Counted from the first letter of the stretch, positions 52,274 to 62,551 are shown. The stretch is 64,000 nt of DNA from Alphaproteobacteria bacterium (GCA_965261735.1 OZ253470.1:4608001-4672000); one strand, 5' to 3'. Program-made: numbers and translations. The notes: a model not told the origin generated them from the letters alone.

Positions 52274-53284
52274 ATGAAACTGTTCGTGATCGAGAAGCCC
52301 GGGAGCATCGATGCGCTGACGCTGAGTGAGCGCGCGGACCCCGTACCGGGTCCGCACGACGTCGTCGTGCGGGTGCGCGCGACCTCGCTCAACTATCGCG
52401 ACCTGATGGTCCTCACCGGAAGCTACGGGCGCGGATCGAAGCCGAACCTCGTCCCGCTGTCGGATGGCGCCGGCGAGGTGATCGAGGTCGGAGAGGGCGT
52501 CACCCGCGTCAAGGTCGGCGACCGGGTGTGTGCGATCTTCATGCAGCGCTGGCTCGGCGGGGCGATGACGCGCGAGGCCCAGGCCTCATCCCTCGGCGGC
52601 GCCATCGACGGCGTGCTGGCGGAACAGGTGATGCTCCACGAGGACGGTCTCGTCCCCGTGCCCGATCACCTGTCCTACGAGGAGGCGGCGACGCTGCCCT
52701 GCGCCGCCGTGACCGCCTGGAACGCCCTCGTTGCGCGTGGCCGGCTCGCGGCTGGCGAAACGGTGCTAGTACAGGGATCGGGCGGCGTCTCGGTGTTCGC
52801 GCTTCAATTCGCGCGGCTCACAGGTGCGCGCGTGATCGCGACCTCATCGAGCGATGACAAGCTCGAGCGCTTGCGCGCCCTCGGGGCCTCGGAGCTCATC
52901 AACTACCGGCGCACCCCTGAATGGGACGCCGCGGTCAAGGACGCAACGGGCGGGCGCGGGGCCGATCACATCGTCGAGGTCGGCGGCGCCGGCACGTTGG
53001 CCCGGTCGCTGGCCTGCGTCAGTCTGGGCGGGCGCATCAGCGTCATCGGGCTCCTGTCCGGCGCCGCCGAGATCGACCCCATGCCGATCCTGCGGCACTC
53101 GGCCACGGTCCAGGGTATCTATGTCGGCAGCCGGCAGATGTTCGAGGCGATGAACCGGGCGATCGCCGAGCACGAAATGCGCCCCGTGGTCGACCGGGTT
53201 TTTCCTTTCGCGGACACGGTGGCGGCGTTCCGCTACTTCGAGAGCCAGGCGCACTTCGGCAAGGTCGTCATCGCGCTGCCCTGA
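52274..53284 (+). CDS. MDR-family NAD(P)-dependent oxidoreductase (alcohol dehydrogenase-like)
   Basis: SLNYRD, PLSDGAGEV, AATLPCAAVTAW, GSGGVS, HFGKVVI. Confidence 0.88.
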   Translation: MKLFVIEKPGSIDALTLSERADPVPGPHDVVVRVRATSLNYRDLMVLTGSYGRGSKPNLVPLSDGAGEVIEVGEGVTRVKVGDRVCAIFMQRWLGGAMTREAQASSLGGAIDGVLAEQVMLHEDGLVPVPDHLSYEEAATLPCAAVTAWNALVARGRLAAGETVLVQGSGGVSVFALQFARLTGARVIATSSSDDKLERLRALGASELINYRRTPEWDAAVKDATGGRGADHIVEVGGAGTLARSLACVSLGGRISVIGLLSGAAEIDPMPILRHSATVQGIYVGSRQMFEAMNRAIAEHEMRPVVDRVFPFADTVAAFRYFESQAHFGKVVIALP

Positions 53285-53306
53285 GCGTCACCGAGTAGGC
53301 CATAAC

Positions 53307-54116
53307 CTAAGGCGCGGGTTCGCCCGCCGCGCTGATACGGTTCAGCGTGACGTTGCCGCCGCCCGAATAGTCGCTGATGTGGTAGTGCGTGTTGCAGCGG
53401 TCGTCCCACAGAATGAGGTCGTTGAGCCGGAAGTGATGGCGGTAGATGAACTCCGGTCGCGAGCAGTGCTCGCCGAGGAAGCGCAGCAGGGCGTCGCTCT
53501 CGCTCGGCATGAGACCGAGGATTTCGGTGGTGAAGGCGGGATTGACGAGCAGCGCCTTCCGCCCCGACTCGGGATGGGTGTAGACGATGGGGTGTTCAGC
53601 CGCCCCCTCTGATTCGCCGGCTTCCGCTGCAAGCCTCGGGTTGCGGTGCAGGGCAACAAGCTCGCCCAGCATGCGCTGCATTGGCTCCGACAGCGCCTCG
53701 TAGCTCGCGTACATGTTGGCGAAGAACATGTCGCCGCCGCGCGGCGGAAGCTCGACCACATGGACGATCGAGGCGCCCGACAGTCTCGACTCGCAGGTGT
53801 GGGCCGCGTGCCAGACGCTGCCGTTGCGAACAGTATCGCGCGGCATAGCCTTCTCTTCGACCAGCACCTGATAGTGGTAGATCTCGGGGTAGCCCGGCAT
53901 CTGCGTCAGGTTGGGCAGTAGCAGCTCGCCGAAACGGCGGCCAAAGTCGAGGTACGCCTCGGGCGTAAGGTGTTGATCGCGAATCACCATCACCCCGTCA
54001 TGGTCGAGCCATACCTGGCGCAGTTCGCCAAACAGGTTGTCGCCGATCTCCGATACGTCGACGCCAACGACCTCGGCGCCCAGCGCCGACGAAAGAGTGC
54101 TGACCGTGTGGGGCAT
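53307..54116 (-). CDS. TauD/TfdA-family Fe(II)/2-oxoglutarate enzyme with H-x-A metal motif
   Basis: LGAEVVGVD, RDQHLT, FGRRFG, WHAAH, GGD.FANMYASYEALS, HPIVYTHPESGRKAL, WDDRCNTH, R; AGGAGG RBS. Confidence 0.85.
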   Translation of the reverse strand: MPHTVSTLSSALGAEVVGVDVSEIGDNLFGELRQVWLDHDGVMVIRDQHLTPEAYLDFGRRFGELLLPNLTQMPGYPEIYHYQVLVEEKAMPRDTVRNGSVWHAAHTCESRLSGASIVHVVELPPRGGDMFFANMYASYEALSEPMQRMLGELVALHRNPRLAAEAGESEGAAEHPIVYTHPESGRKALLVNPAFTTEILGLMPSESDALLRFLGEHCSRPEFIYRHHFRLNDLILWDDRCNTHYHISDYSGGGNVTLNRISAAGEPAP

Positions 54117-54336
54117 TTGCGGCACCTCCTGTGAAAGGAGCTTCCCGGCGGCGGGCCCCAGGCTCGCCGCAATGGGCCTTAGCGCTACTATACGCCCAAC
54201 CCGATCGTTCATCTTCCCATCGTCGCACCCGCAAGAGGGGCGAGGCCGCTCACCCCGCGGCCGGTCGTGCCGGGCGCTGTCTTCGGCTATAACCGGCGTG
54301 CCGGGAAGGAACGGCGGCCTGACGCGCATACACCCG

Positions 54337-55533
54337 ATGCCCAAATCCACTCCAACGCCGGAACGTAATTTCCCGTTGCGGCGCACCATCGCCGATCTTC
54401 CGTCCTCCAAGATTCGCGAGGTGGCGGCGCTCGGCATGGGCAAGCCGGGCGTCATACCGCTGTGGTTCGGTGAGCCCGATCTGCCGACGCCGGACTTCAT
54501 CAACCGCGCGGCGAGCCAGGCGCTCGAGGCGGGGCACACCTTCTACACCATGAACCGCGGCGTGCCGGCCCTGCGCGAGGCGCTGGCCGCCTATCTCGGC
54601 CGCCTCTACGAGCGCCCCATCGGTGTCGAGCGAATCACGGTGACGGCCTCGGCGATGAACGCGCTCGCGATCCTCATGCAGACCCTGATCGATCCCGGCG
54701 AGAACGCGGTGCTGACGGCGCCGCTATGGCCCAACATCGCGGCCACGGTGCGGATCATGGGCGGCGAAGCGCGCGCCGTGGCGCTCGCCGAGGGCAACGC
54801 GGGCTGGCGGCTCGACCTCGACCGCCTGTTCGATTCCGTTGACGTGCGGACGCGAGCCCTGTTCATCAACTCGCCCAACAATCCGACCGGATGGATGATG
54901 GAGCGCGAGGACCAGGAGGCGGTGCTCGAGTTCTGCCGCGTCCGCGGCATTTGGATCCTGGCTGACGAGGTCTACGACCGAATCGTCTACGACCGGCCGC
55001 GCGCGCCCTCCTTTCTCGACATCGCCGAAGACGACGACCTCGTCATCGGCGTCAACAGCTTCTCCAAGTCCTGGGCCATGACGGGTTGGCGCATGGGGTG
55101 GCTCGTCGCTCCCGATGCGTTCGGCCACGTGCTGGAAAAGATGAACGAGTACAACATCGCCGGTGCGCCGAGCATGGCGCAGCACGCGGGGATCGCCGCG
55201 CTCGGCCAGGGCGAGGCCTTCATCGCCGAATCGGTGGCCCGCTACCGGCGTGCGCGCGATCTCGTGTCCGAGCGCCTCGCGGCCATGCCGCGGGTCGGCT
55301 ATGTGCGCCCCAACGCCGCGTTCTACGCATTCTTCTCCGTCGAGGGCGTGAGCGACAGCCTGGCCTTCGCCAAAGACCTGCTGCTGCGATCGGGCGTGGG
55401 CCTCGCGCCCGGAATCGCCTTCGGTCCCGCCGGGGAGGGCCACTTGCGCCTGTGCTTCGCCAGTACGCCGGAAACGCTGAGCCGCGCCATGGACCGCCTG
55501 GAGGAGGCCCTCGCCGATGGGGTTGCCGCCTGA
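54337..55533 (+). CDS. PLP-dependent aminotransferase class I/II
   Basis: FGEPDLPTP, NSPNNPTG, DEVY, SFSKSWAMTGWRMG, LRLCFA. Confidence 0.9.
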   Translation: MPKSTPTPERNFPLRRTIADLPSSKIREVAALGMGKPGVIPLWFGEPDLPTPDFINRAASQALEAGHTFYTMNRGVPALREALAAYLGRLYERPIGVERITVTASAMNALAILMQTLIDPGENAVLTAPLWPNIAATVRIMGGEARAVALAEGNAGWRLDLDRLFDSVDVRTRALFINSPNNPTGWMMEREDQEAVLEFCRVRGIWILADEVYDRIVYDRPRAPSFLDIAEDDDLVIGVNSFSKSWAMTGWRMGWLVAPDAFGHVLEKMNEYNIAGAPSMAQHAGIAALGQGEAFIAESVARYRRARDLVSERLAAMPRVGYVRPNAAFYAFFSVEGVSDSLAFAKDLLLRSGVGLAPGIAFGPAGEGHLRLCFASTPETLSRAMDRLEEALADGVAA

Positions 55534-55553
55534 AGGGGTGCAGGCGGCACGCG

Positions 55554-56318
55554 TCAGGCTATGCCCTTGCCGCCATCGAGCAGGATGACCTCGCCGGTCA
55601 TCCAGCTCGCACGCTCGGAGACAAGATAGGCGACGAGCTCGGAAACGTCGCGCGGCTCGCCCGCGCGGCCGAGCGGAAATGACTGCCCCTCGGAAAGGAG
55701 GAGCTCGCCGTAGGCCTGCTCGTCCATGCCCGCCGAGGTGTAGATTTCGCTCCTCACCAGCGCCGGGCTGATGACGTTGACGCGGACCCCAAGGGGTGCC
55801 AGCTCCAGGGCGAGCGCTTTCGAGAACGAATCGACTCCGCCTTTGCTCGCGGCGTAGGCGGCCGAGCCGGGAAACGGGCGGTCGGCGACGTTAGAACTGA
55901 GGTTGACGATCGCCCCCTTGGTCTTCTTGAGCGCAGGGAGGCACGCGAGACAGGAATTGATGGTGCCGAGGAGGTTGATGTCGAGGGTGTAGCGCAGGTT
56001 CTCCTGGGTGATCGCGTCGACCGGCTCGAGGCGGATGACCCCGGCCGAGTTGATGAGAGCGTCGATGCGGCCGAGATCGCGGAGGATCGCGCGCACCGTT
56101 TCGCCGGTCTCGCTTGCGTCGGCGACGTCGCACACGTAGGGGTGGAGAGTTTCACCGCGGCGTGGCGCGAGCCGCTTGGCCCGGCGGCCGATGACGGCAA
56201 CGCTGAAGCCGTCGCGCGCGAGCCGGTTGGCGCAATCGCGACCGAGCTCCGAGCCGCCGCCCGTCACCACCGCCACCTTGCGCCTCGGCTTGCGCGAGGT
56301 CTTGGCCGTACGCGCCAT
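55554..56318 (-). CDS. Short-chain dehydrogenase/reductase
   Basis: VTGGGSELG, INSAG, NLSS, YAASK, RVNVISP. Confidence 0.88.
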   Translation of the reverse strand: MARTAKTSRKPRRKVAVVTGGGSELGRDCANRLARDGFSVAVIGRRAKRLAPRRGETLHPYVCDVADASETGETVRAILRDLGRIDALINSAGVIRLEPVDAITQENLRYTLDINLLGTINSCLACLPALKKTKGAIVNLSSNVADRPFPGSAAYAASKGGVDSFSKALALELAPLGVRVNVISPALVRSEIYTSAGMDEQAYGELLLSEGQSFPLGRAGEPRDVSELVAYLVSERASWMTGEVILLDGGKGIA

Positions 56319-56509
56319 CGCCGCTTCCCTCCACCCGCCCCGAGTTCCACTCGACTCTACCATTAGGGGTTGGTCCCGGGCGACCCGTGGGCTGCGCTCG
56401 GCCTCGATGTTGATGCCGGTGGGCGAGGCGCGTAACCTATCCGAAACGAGACGAGACTAGCGCGCAACGCATCGACGGAGCCGCTCGCGACTCCGCCAGG
56501 GAGGGACCC

Positions 56510-57622
56510 ATGAAAAGCCTCAAGGTGGACTACAGCAAGCAGTGTGAGGGCGAGCCCCATCTGGCGCACAATCGGTGGCATCCCGATATTCCGCCGGCGG
56601 TCGAGGTCGAGCTCGGCGAAGAGCTGGAGATGGATACCCGCGACGCTTTCGACGGCCAGTTCAAGGCCGACACGGTGGCCGAGGACCTGCGCTCGGTCGA
56701 TCTCAACCTCGTCCATCCGCTCACCGGCCCGGCCTACGTCAAGGGGGTCGAGCCGGGCGACCTGCTCGAGATACAGATACTTGAAATGAAGGCGGCCTCG
56801 ACCGGCTACACGGTCCAAGTGCCGGGCTTCGGCTTTCTGCGCGATGAGTTCCCCGATCCCTACATCGCCAAATGGGCGATCAAGGACGGATGGGCCGAAT
56901 CGCCCGATCTGCCGAAGGTGCGCATCCCCGACGGCTCGTTCGTCGGCACCATAGGCATCGCGCCCTCGGAGGCCCTGCGCCAGAAGATGCAGGACCGCGA
57001 GCAGGAGCTGCTCGAGCGCGGCGGGTTCGTGCTGCCGCCCGAGCCCAAGGGGGCGGTGTGCGGACGCCACGGCGGCATCGCCGGCACGGCGCTACGTACC
57101 ATTCCGCCGCGCGAGAACGGCGGCAACCTCGATATCAAGCAGCTCAGCGCCGGCGCGCGCCTCTTGCTGCCGGTATTTGTCGACGGGGCGCTATTCTCGG
57201 TCGGCGACGCGCACTTCGCCCAGGGCGACTGCGAGGCGTGTGGCACGGCCATCGAGATGGAGTCCTCCATCCTCGTCAAGTTCGCCGTGCACAAGGGTGA
57301 GGCGGAGCGCCGCAAGATCCGCTTCCCGCGCTTCGAGCGCGACGACTACTTCTATCCGCCCGAACTGGCCGTGCCCAAGAACTTCGTCGCCACGACCGGA
57401 ATGTCGATTCGCGACGACGGCACCAACGAATCGGAGGACGCCACGCTATCGGCCCGCAACGCGCTCATGGCCATGATCGATCTGTTGATGGAGCGCGGTT
57501 GGGACCGCCAGCAGGCCTACGCCATCTGCAGCGTCGCCGTCGACCTGCACATCAGCGAAATGGTGGACGTCCCGAACTTCGTGGTCTCGGCCTTCCTACC
57601 GCTCGGCATCTTCGGCGACTAG
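56510..57622 (+). CDS. Acetamidase/formamidase family protein
   Basis: HNRWHPDIPP, HPLTGP, PPRENGGNLDIK, GDAHFAQGDCE, VDVPN. Confidence 0.9.
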   Translation: MKSLKVDYSKQCEGEPHLAHNRWHPDIPPAVEVELGEELEMDTRDAFDGQFKADTVAEDLRSVDLNLVHPLTGPAYVKGVEPGDLLEIQILEMKAASTGYTVQVPGFGFLRDEFPDPYIAKWAIKDGWAESPDLPKVRIPDGSFVGTIGIAPSEALRQKMQDREQELLERGGFVLPPEPKGAVCGRHGGIAGTALRTIPPRENGGNLDIKQLSAGARLLLPVFVDGALFSVGDAHFAQGDCEACGTAIEMESSILVKFAVHKGEAERRKIRFPRFERDDYFYPPELAVPKNFVATTGMSIRDDGTNESEDATLSARNALMAMIDLLMERGWDRQQAYAICSVAVDLHISEMVDVPNFVVSAFLPLGIFGD

Positions 57623-57647
57623 CGGGGGATCGGCGATTGAGGGGGAG

Positions 57648-57795
57648 ATGCCGTTCTTCATTCGGAAATCGGTCCGCTTCGGGCCACTGCGACTGAATCT
57701 TTCGAAATCTGGGGTAGGCGTTTCCGGCGGTGTGAGGGGCTTGCGCGTGGGCGCCGGCCCGCGCGGCAGGTACATACATGCCGGCCGCGGAGGGG
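57648..57795 (+). pseudogene. DUF4236-like protein 5' fragment cut by an IS end
   Basis: MPFFIRKSVRFGPLRLNLSKSGVGVSGGVRGLRVG..PRGRYIHAG, then an IS1595-type end. Confidence 0.6.
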
Positions 57796-57827
57796 TAGTG
57801 GGTATGGGCGTTAACCGGATAGGTAAG
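57796..57827. mobile_element. Solo terminal repeat related to IS1595 element A
   Basis: TAGTGGGTATGGGCGTTAACCGGATAGGTAAG closely matches the reverse complement of 29051-29082. Confidence 0.75.
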
Positions 57828-57963
57828 TCCTATACAATAGGATTAGTTGTCAGGTGTCGTCGGATGGCGCCCGCCGCGTTGTGCGGCGCTAGGTCGAGGA
57901 CGGGATCTCGGGGCGCGGTGAGGGCCGCCGCCGGACAGGGGTCGCCGAACCTTTCGTGAGCAC

Positions 57964-58657
57964 ATGCAGGTCGAGAGCAAAATACGCATCTGCATTGCCG
58001 ACGACGAGGTTCTGCTCCGCGCCGGACTGGCGCGGCTCCTCCATGAACTCGGCGCCGAGGTAGAGATACTCGAGGCTGGCGATTTCGCCACGGCGCACCG
58101 TCTCGTCGCCAATGAGCACGCCCTTGACGCGCTCCTTCTCGACCTCGATCTCCTCGGCGTGCAGCCCGACCGGAGCCTACGCCTACTTCGCCAGGCGGCG
58201 CCCGACTTGGCGATCGTGATCTGCTCGGCCTCCGAGGATCCGAACACCGTATTCTCGATGATCGACGGCGGGGCCGTCCGGCTACCTGCCCAAGACGTCG
58301 TCGACCGAGGTCACTCTGAGCGCGGTAAGGCTGGTGCTCTCGGGCGGCTCCTACGTGCCCCCGAGCGTGTTCATCGCCAGCGTTCGCGAGTCGGGGGCGC
58401 GCGTCCGCTTCGGCATGGGCGAGCCGCCGCCCGATTCGGTCGATCCGCAGAACAGGGTGGCGGCACTCACGCCGCGCCAGCTCGAGGTGCTCAAGCAGAT
58501 CGGTAAGAGCAAGACGAACAAGCAGATCGCAGCCGAACTCGGCCTCGCCGAAGGTACTGTCAAGGCCCACGCCAACGCCATTCTCGCCAAGCTCGGGGTC
58601 CGGAACCGCACGGCCGCCGGGATCCTCGCCCATCGCTCCTTCGCCGAGGAACCCTAG
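57964..58657 (+). pseudogene. NarL/LuxR-family response regulator with +1 frameshift
   Basis: IADD..LLLDL receiver; extra C at ~58279 separates it from GYLPK...LTPRQLEVL..NKQIA..GTVKAH. Confidence 0.8.
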
Positions 58658-58669
58658 GCCGTAGGCGCG

Positions 58670-59167
58670 TCAGCGCCGATGCGCGCGCCGCCACAGCGGT
58701 TCGCGGTCGTCGATCGCCGGCTGATAGGTGACCGACACCTCCGCGAATGCCCCCAGGGCATCCTCCAAATCGTGGCGCTGGTGAATCTCGAAGGCATCGA
58801 AGCCGCACCGGTACATGTAGTAGAGCTGATCGCGCAAGACCTCTCCGACGGCCCGGATCTCCCCCTGATAGCCGAAGCGCTCGCGCAGCAGGCGCGCGGT
58901 CGAGAAGCCGCGGCCGTCGGTGAGCTTGGGAAACTCGATCGCGACGACGCCGAAACTGTCGAGGTCGTCGGCAACGTCCTCGGCGCGGTCGGCGCTCGTC
59001 AGGCGGACGCCGAGCCTTGGACTGCGGTGTCGGAGCGCGTTGCGCTCGCGCTGCCAGCGCTCGAGGCTGACAATGATGTCGCCCTCGGGTAACGCGGTGG
59101 CCGCAACGTCATCGTCAACATGCATCCACGTATCGTCGGCAATGGCGCGATTCTTAATGATGCGCAT
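58670..59167 (-). CDS. DUF934 family protein (sulfite reductase-associated)
   Basis: FPKLTDGRGFSTARLLRER..GEIRAVGEVLRDQ..RCGFDAF. Confidence 0.88.
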   Translation of the reverse strand: MRIIKNRAIADDTWMHVDDDVAATALPEGDIIVSLERWQRERNALRHRSPRLGVRLTSADRAEDVADDLDSFGVVAIEFPKLTDGRGFSTARLLRERFGYQGEIRAVGEVLRDQLYYMYRCGFDAFEIHQRHDLEDALGAFAEVSVTYQPAIDDREPLWRRAHRR

Positions 59168-60809
59168 AGAGGCGCTTCTTGAACGGCTCCTCGCCTATTC
59201 TCCGGTAGGTCGCCAGGAAGGGCTCGTCCTCGAGCCGGTTGTCGATGAAGACACTCAGCATGGTCTCGACCGCGTCGACGATCTCATCCTTTGAGAAGGC
59301 CGGCCCGACGATCTTGCCGATCGAGGCGTCGTCCTTCGGCGACCCCCCGAGCGTGACCTGGTAGTACTCCTCGCCGTTCTTGTCGAGCCCGAGAATGCCG
59401 ACATTCCCGGTATGGTGGTGGGCACACGAGTTGATGCAGCCCGACATGTTGACGGTGAACTCACCGAGATCGTGCAGGTAGTCGACATCGTCGAAGCGGC
59501 TGCCGATGCGCTTGGCGATAGGGATCGAGCGCGCCGTGGCGAGGCCGCAATAGTCGAGGCCGGGGCAGCAGATGATATCGGTCAGCGTACCGATATTGGC
59601 GGTCGCGCAGCCGATGCGGTCGAGCGCGCGCCACAATTCGTGGAGCTCGGCGTTGGGCACGTCGGCTAGCACCAGGTTTTGGTCGTAGGCGACGCGGACC
59701 TGGCCGAAGCTATAGCGGTCGGCGATATCGGCAATGGCGTCCAACTGCGAGTCGGTGGCATCGCCCGGCGGCGCGCCCGGCGCTTTCAGAGACACGTAGA
59801 CGGCGCTGTAGCCGGGCACCTTGTGCGCCACGATGTTGCTGCGGAACCAGCGCGCGAAGGCCGCGTCCGTCGCGCGCGCCTCGTCGAGGGCCGGCTCGTT
59901 GGCCGGCAGCACCACATAACGAGGCGGCGCGAAGTGCGCCCGCAGGCGCGCGATCTCGGAATCGTCGAGCTGCAGGTTGCCTTCCCTGATCGCCTCCCAC
60001 TCGGCCTCGACGCGCTCGCGAAAGGCTTCGATGCCGAGGCTGTGCACCAGGATTTTGATACGAGCCTTGAACAGATTGTCGCGCCGGCCCTCGAGGTTGT
60101 AGATGCGCAGGATCGCCTCGAGGTAGGACAGCAGGTCGCGCTTGGGCAGGAAGTCGTGGATCACCTTGCCGATCATGGGTGTCCGGCCCATCCCGCCGCC
60201 CACAAGAACCTCGAATCCGACCTCGCCGGCGTCGTCGCGCACGAGGCGGAGCCCGATGTCGTGCAGCCTTACCGCGGCACGGTCATGCGCGGCACCCGTA
60301 ACCGCGATCTTGAACTTGCGCGGCAGGAACAGGAATTCGGGGTGGAAGGTCGACCACTGGCGAATGATCTCGCAGTAGGGCCTCGGATCCTCGATCTCGT
60401 CGGCGGCGACGCCGGCGAGCACGTCGGCCGTCACGTTGCGAATGCAGTTGCCGCTCGTCTGAATGGCGTGCATCTCGACATCCGCGAGGAGCTGAAGAAT
60501 GTCCGGCACGTCGTCCAGAGCCGGCCAGTTGAACTGGATGTTCTGGCGCGTGGTGAAGTGGCCGTAGCCCTTGTCATAGGTGCGGGCGATGTGGGCGAGT
60601 TGGCGCACCTGGCGCGACGACAGCAATCCGTAGGGGATCGCGACGCGCAGCATGTAGGCGTGGAGCTGGAGGTAGAGGCCGTTGCGCAGCCGGAGAGGCT
60701 TGAACTCGTCCTCGCTCAGCTCCCCGGCGAGGCGCCGGCGGACCTGATCGCGGAATTGCTCAACGCGATCGTTGACGACCGCGCGGTCGAGCTCGTCATA
60801 CTTGTACAT
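59154..60809 (-). CDS. cysI: Siroheme sulfite/nitrite reductase hemoprotein
   Basis: NGLYLQLHAYMLR, TTRQNIQ, TSGNCIRN, LPRKFK, CPGLDYC, SGCINSC. Confidence 0.88.
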   Translation of the reverse strand: MYKYDELDRAVVNDRVEQFRDQVRRRLAGELSEDEFKPLRLRNGLYLQLHAYMLRVAIPYGLLSSRQVRQLAHIARTYDKGYGHFTTRQNIQFNWPALDDVPDILQLLADVEMHAIQTSGNCIRNVTADVLAGVAADEIEDPRPYCEIIRQWSTFHPEFLFLPRKFKIAVTGAAHDRAAVRLHDIGLRLVRDDAGEVGFEVLVGGGMGRTPMIGKVIHDFLPKRDLLSYLEAILRIYNLEGRRDNLFKARIKILVHSLGIEAFRERVEAEWEAIREGNLQLDDSEIARLRAHFAPPRYVVLPANEPALDEARATDAAFARWFRSNIVAHKVPGYSAVYVSLKAPGAPPGDATDSQLDAIADIADRYSFGQVRVAYDQNLVLADVPNAELHELWRALDRIGCATANIGTLTDIICCPGLDYCGLATARSIPIAKRIGSRFDDVDYLHDLGEFTVNMSGCINSCAHHHTGNVGILGLDKNGEEYYQVTLGGSPKDDASIGKIVGPAFSKDEIVDAVETMLSVFIDNRLEDEPFLATYRRIGEEPFKKRLYAHH

Positions 60810-61107
60810 GCCAGGTTCCGCGCCCCAAATCGCCGACTGTGGGCCCGATGGCCCGGATCTTCTCCCGTAGCGCCACCGCTTCGGTACCGGCCTGGCCGAC
60901 AACGACGTCGATCGCGTAGGGCTCGATGACGATCGCGCGGCCGGCGTCCGCCGCGGCAAGCGTCGTAAGCGCCGCGAGGGCTCCTGCGTCAGCCGTGGCG
61001 CTTGCCTCGGCGATCGATTCGGTCCACGAACGCTCATCGGCGTTGCGGCGCAAGTAAACAGGTACGCCGTCGCGGATGCGGTTGGCGGTAATGACTCTCT
61101 CGCTCAT
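60796..61107 (-). CDS. DUF2849 family protein
   Basis: VITANRIRDGVPVYL...EPY...LREKIRAIGPT, between cysG and the reductase. Confidence 0.85.
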   Translation of the reverse strand: MSERVITANRIRDGVPVYLRRNADERSWTESIAEASATADAGALAALTTLAAADAGRAIVIEPYAIDVVVGQAGTEAVALREKIRAIGPTVGDLGRGTWHVQV

Positions 61108-61126
61108 TCTTGCTCTCCCTGCCGCA

Positions 61127-62551
61127 TCAACCGGCCGCGCCCGCGGCCGGTATTGGCTCTGCGGTGCTGAAGTGCCGTGCTGACGCGGCGTCGTGCAGGG
61201 CGACGACCTCGCCGATGATGAGAATTGCCGGCCCGCCCAATTCGGCCTCGCGTGCCGAGGCGCCGAGGTCTTCCAGTGTCGTGACCACGACCTGCTGCTG
61301 CGGCAGCGTGCCGTTGTCGATGATGGCGGCGGGGGTTCGCGGGTCGCGGCCGTGGCCGATCAGTTGGCGGGCGAGGGGCCCGATCGACGACAGCCCCATA
61401 TAGACGACCACCGTCTGGCCGGCCCTTGCCAGCGTCGGCCAGTCGAGGTCGAGGGCGCCGCCCTTGCCGTGGCCGCAGACGAAGACGCAGCTGTGCGCAT
61501 GGTCGCGGTGGGTGAGTGGAATGCCTGCGTAAGCGGCGCACCCGAGAGCGGCCGTGATGCCGGGAACGACCTCGGCCTCGATCCCGGCTGACGCCAGCGC
61601 CGCGATCTCTTCGCCGCCGCGCCCGAAAATAAACGGATCTCCGCCCTTGAGCCGGACGACCCTTTTGCCGGCGCGCGCCAGCGATACCAGGAGCGCATCG
61701 ATGTCGGCTTGGGCTGTCGCTGCGTCGCCCTTCGTCTTGCCCACGTCAATGCGCTCGGCGTCGCGGCGCGCATAGTCGAGGACGCGATCGCCGACGAGCC
61801 GGTCGAAAACCAGGACGTCCGCCGCCTGCACCAGCCGAAGCGCGCGCAACGTCAAGAGTTCGGGATCGCCGGGGCCGGCGCCGACAATGGCCACTCGGCC
61901 GGCGATGTCGTGGGGTGGCAGGGGCGCATTGAGCAGCGCAATCATCCGCTCGCGCGCCTTGGCGCCATCGCCACTGAGCGCCGCATCCGCGACCGTACCC
62001 TCGAGCGCGCGCCGCCAAAAGCGGCGCCGTGCTGCCGCCTCCGGGATGAGTGCCTTGACCGCGCCACGGAACGATGCGGCCAACGAAGCGAGGCCGCCAT
62101 AGGCCGCGGGCACGAGCCCTTCGATGCGGGTTTTGAGCAGCCGGGTCAGGGCCGGCGCGGCGCCACCGCTCGAAACCGCGATGACCACGGGCGAGCGGTC
62201 GATGATCGCCGGCATGATGAAACTGCTGGCTTGGGCGTCGTCGACCACGTTGACGGCGATGTCGCGCGCGGCCGCGGCCCGGGCAACGGCGCGGTCGCGG
62301 CGGGCATTGCCGGTCGCGGCGATCACGAGGCTCGCCCCGTCCAGGTCCTCGGCGCGGAATTGCCGCGCGAGGTGTAGGACCTCACCCTTGTCGAGTGTGC
62401 GCGCAAGCTCCGGGCATAGCGTCTCGGCGAGCACCGTGACGCGGGCGCCCGCGCTTCGCAGGAGGGCGACCTTCGCGGCCGCCTGCACGCCGCCGCCAAC
62501 GACGAGGCAGCCGCGGCCCTTGAGGTCGATGAATATGGGCAGATAGTCCAC
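61127..62551 (-). CDS. cysG: Siroheme synthase
   Basis: YLPIFIDL..VVGGG, NVVD, SSGGAAP, VGAGPGDPELLT, RLKGGDPFIFGRGGEE, VPGITAA. Confidence 0.93.
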   Translation of the reverse strand: MDYLPIFIDLKGRGCLVVGGGVQAAAKVALLRSAGARVTVLAETLCPELARTLDKGEVLHLARQFRAEDLDGASLVIAATGNARRDRAVARAAAARDIAVNVVDDAQASSFIMPAIIDRSPVVIAVSSGGAAPALTRLLKTRIEGLVPAAYGGLASLAASFRGAVKALIPEAAARRRFWRRALEGTVADAALSGDGAKARERMIALLNAPLPPHDIAGRVAIVGAGPGDPELLTLRALRLVQAADVLVFDRLVGDRVLDYARRDAERIDVGKTKGDAATAQADIDALLVSLARAGKRVVRLKGGDPFIFGRGGEEIAALASAGIEAEVVPGITAALGCAAYAGIPLTHRDHAHSCVFVCGHGKGGALDLDWPTLARAGQTVVVYMGLSSIGPLARQLIGHGRDPRTPAAIIDNGTLPQQQVVVTTLEDLGASAREAELGGPAILIIGEVVALHDAASARHFSTAEPIPAAGAAG

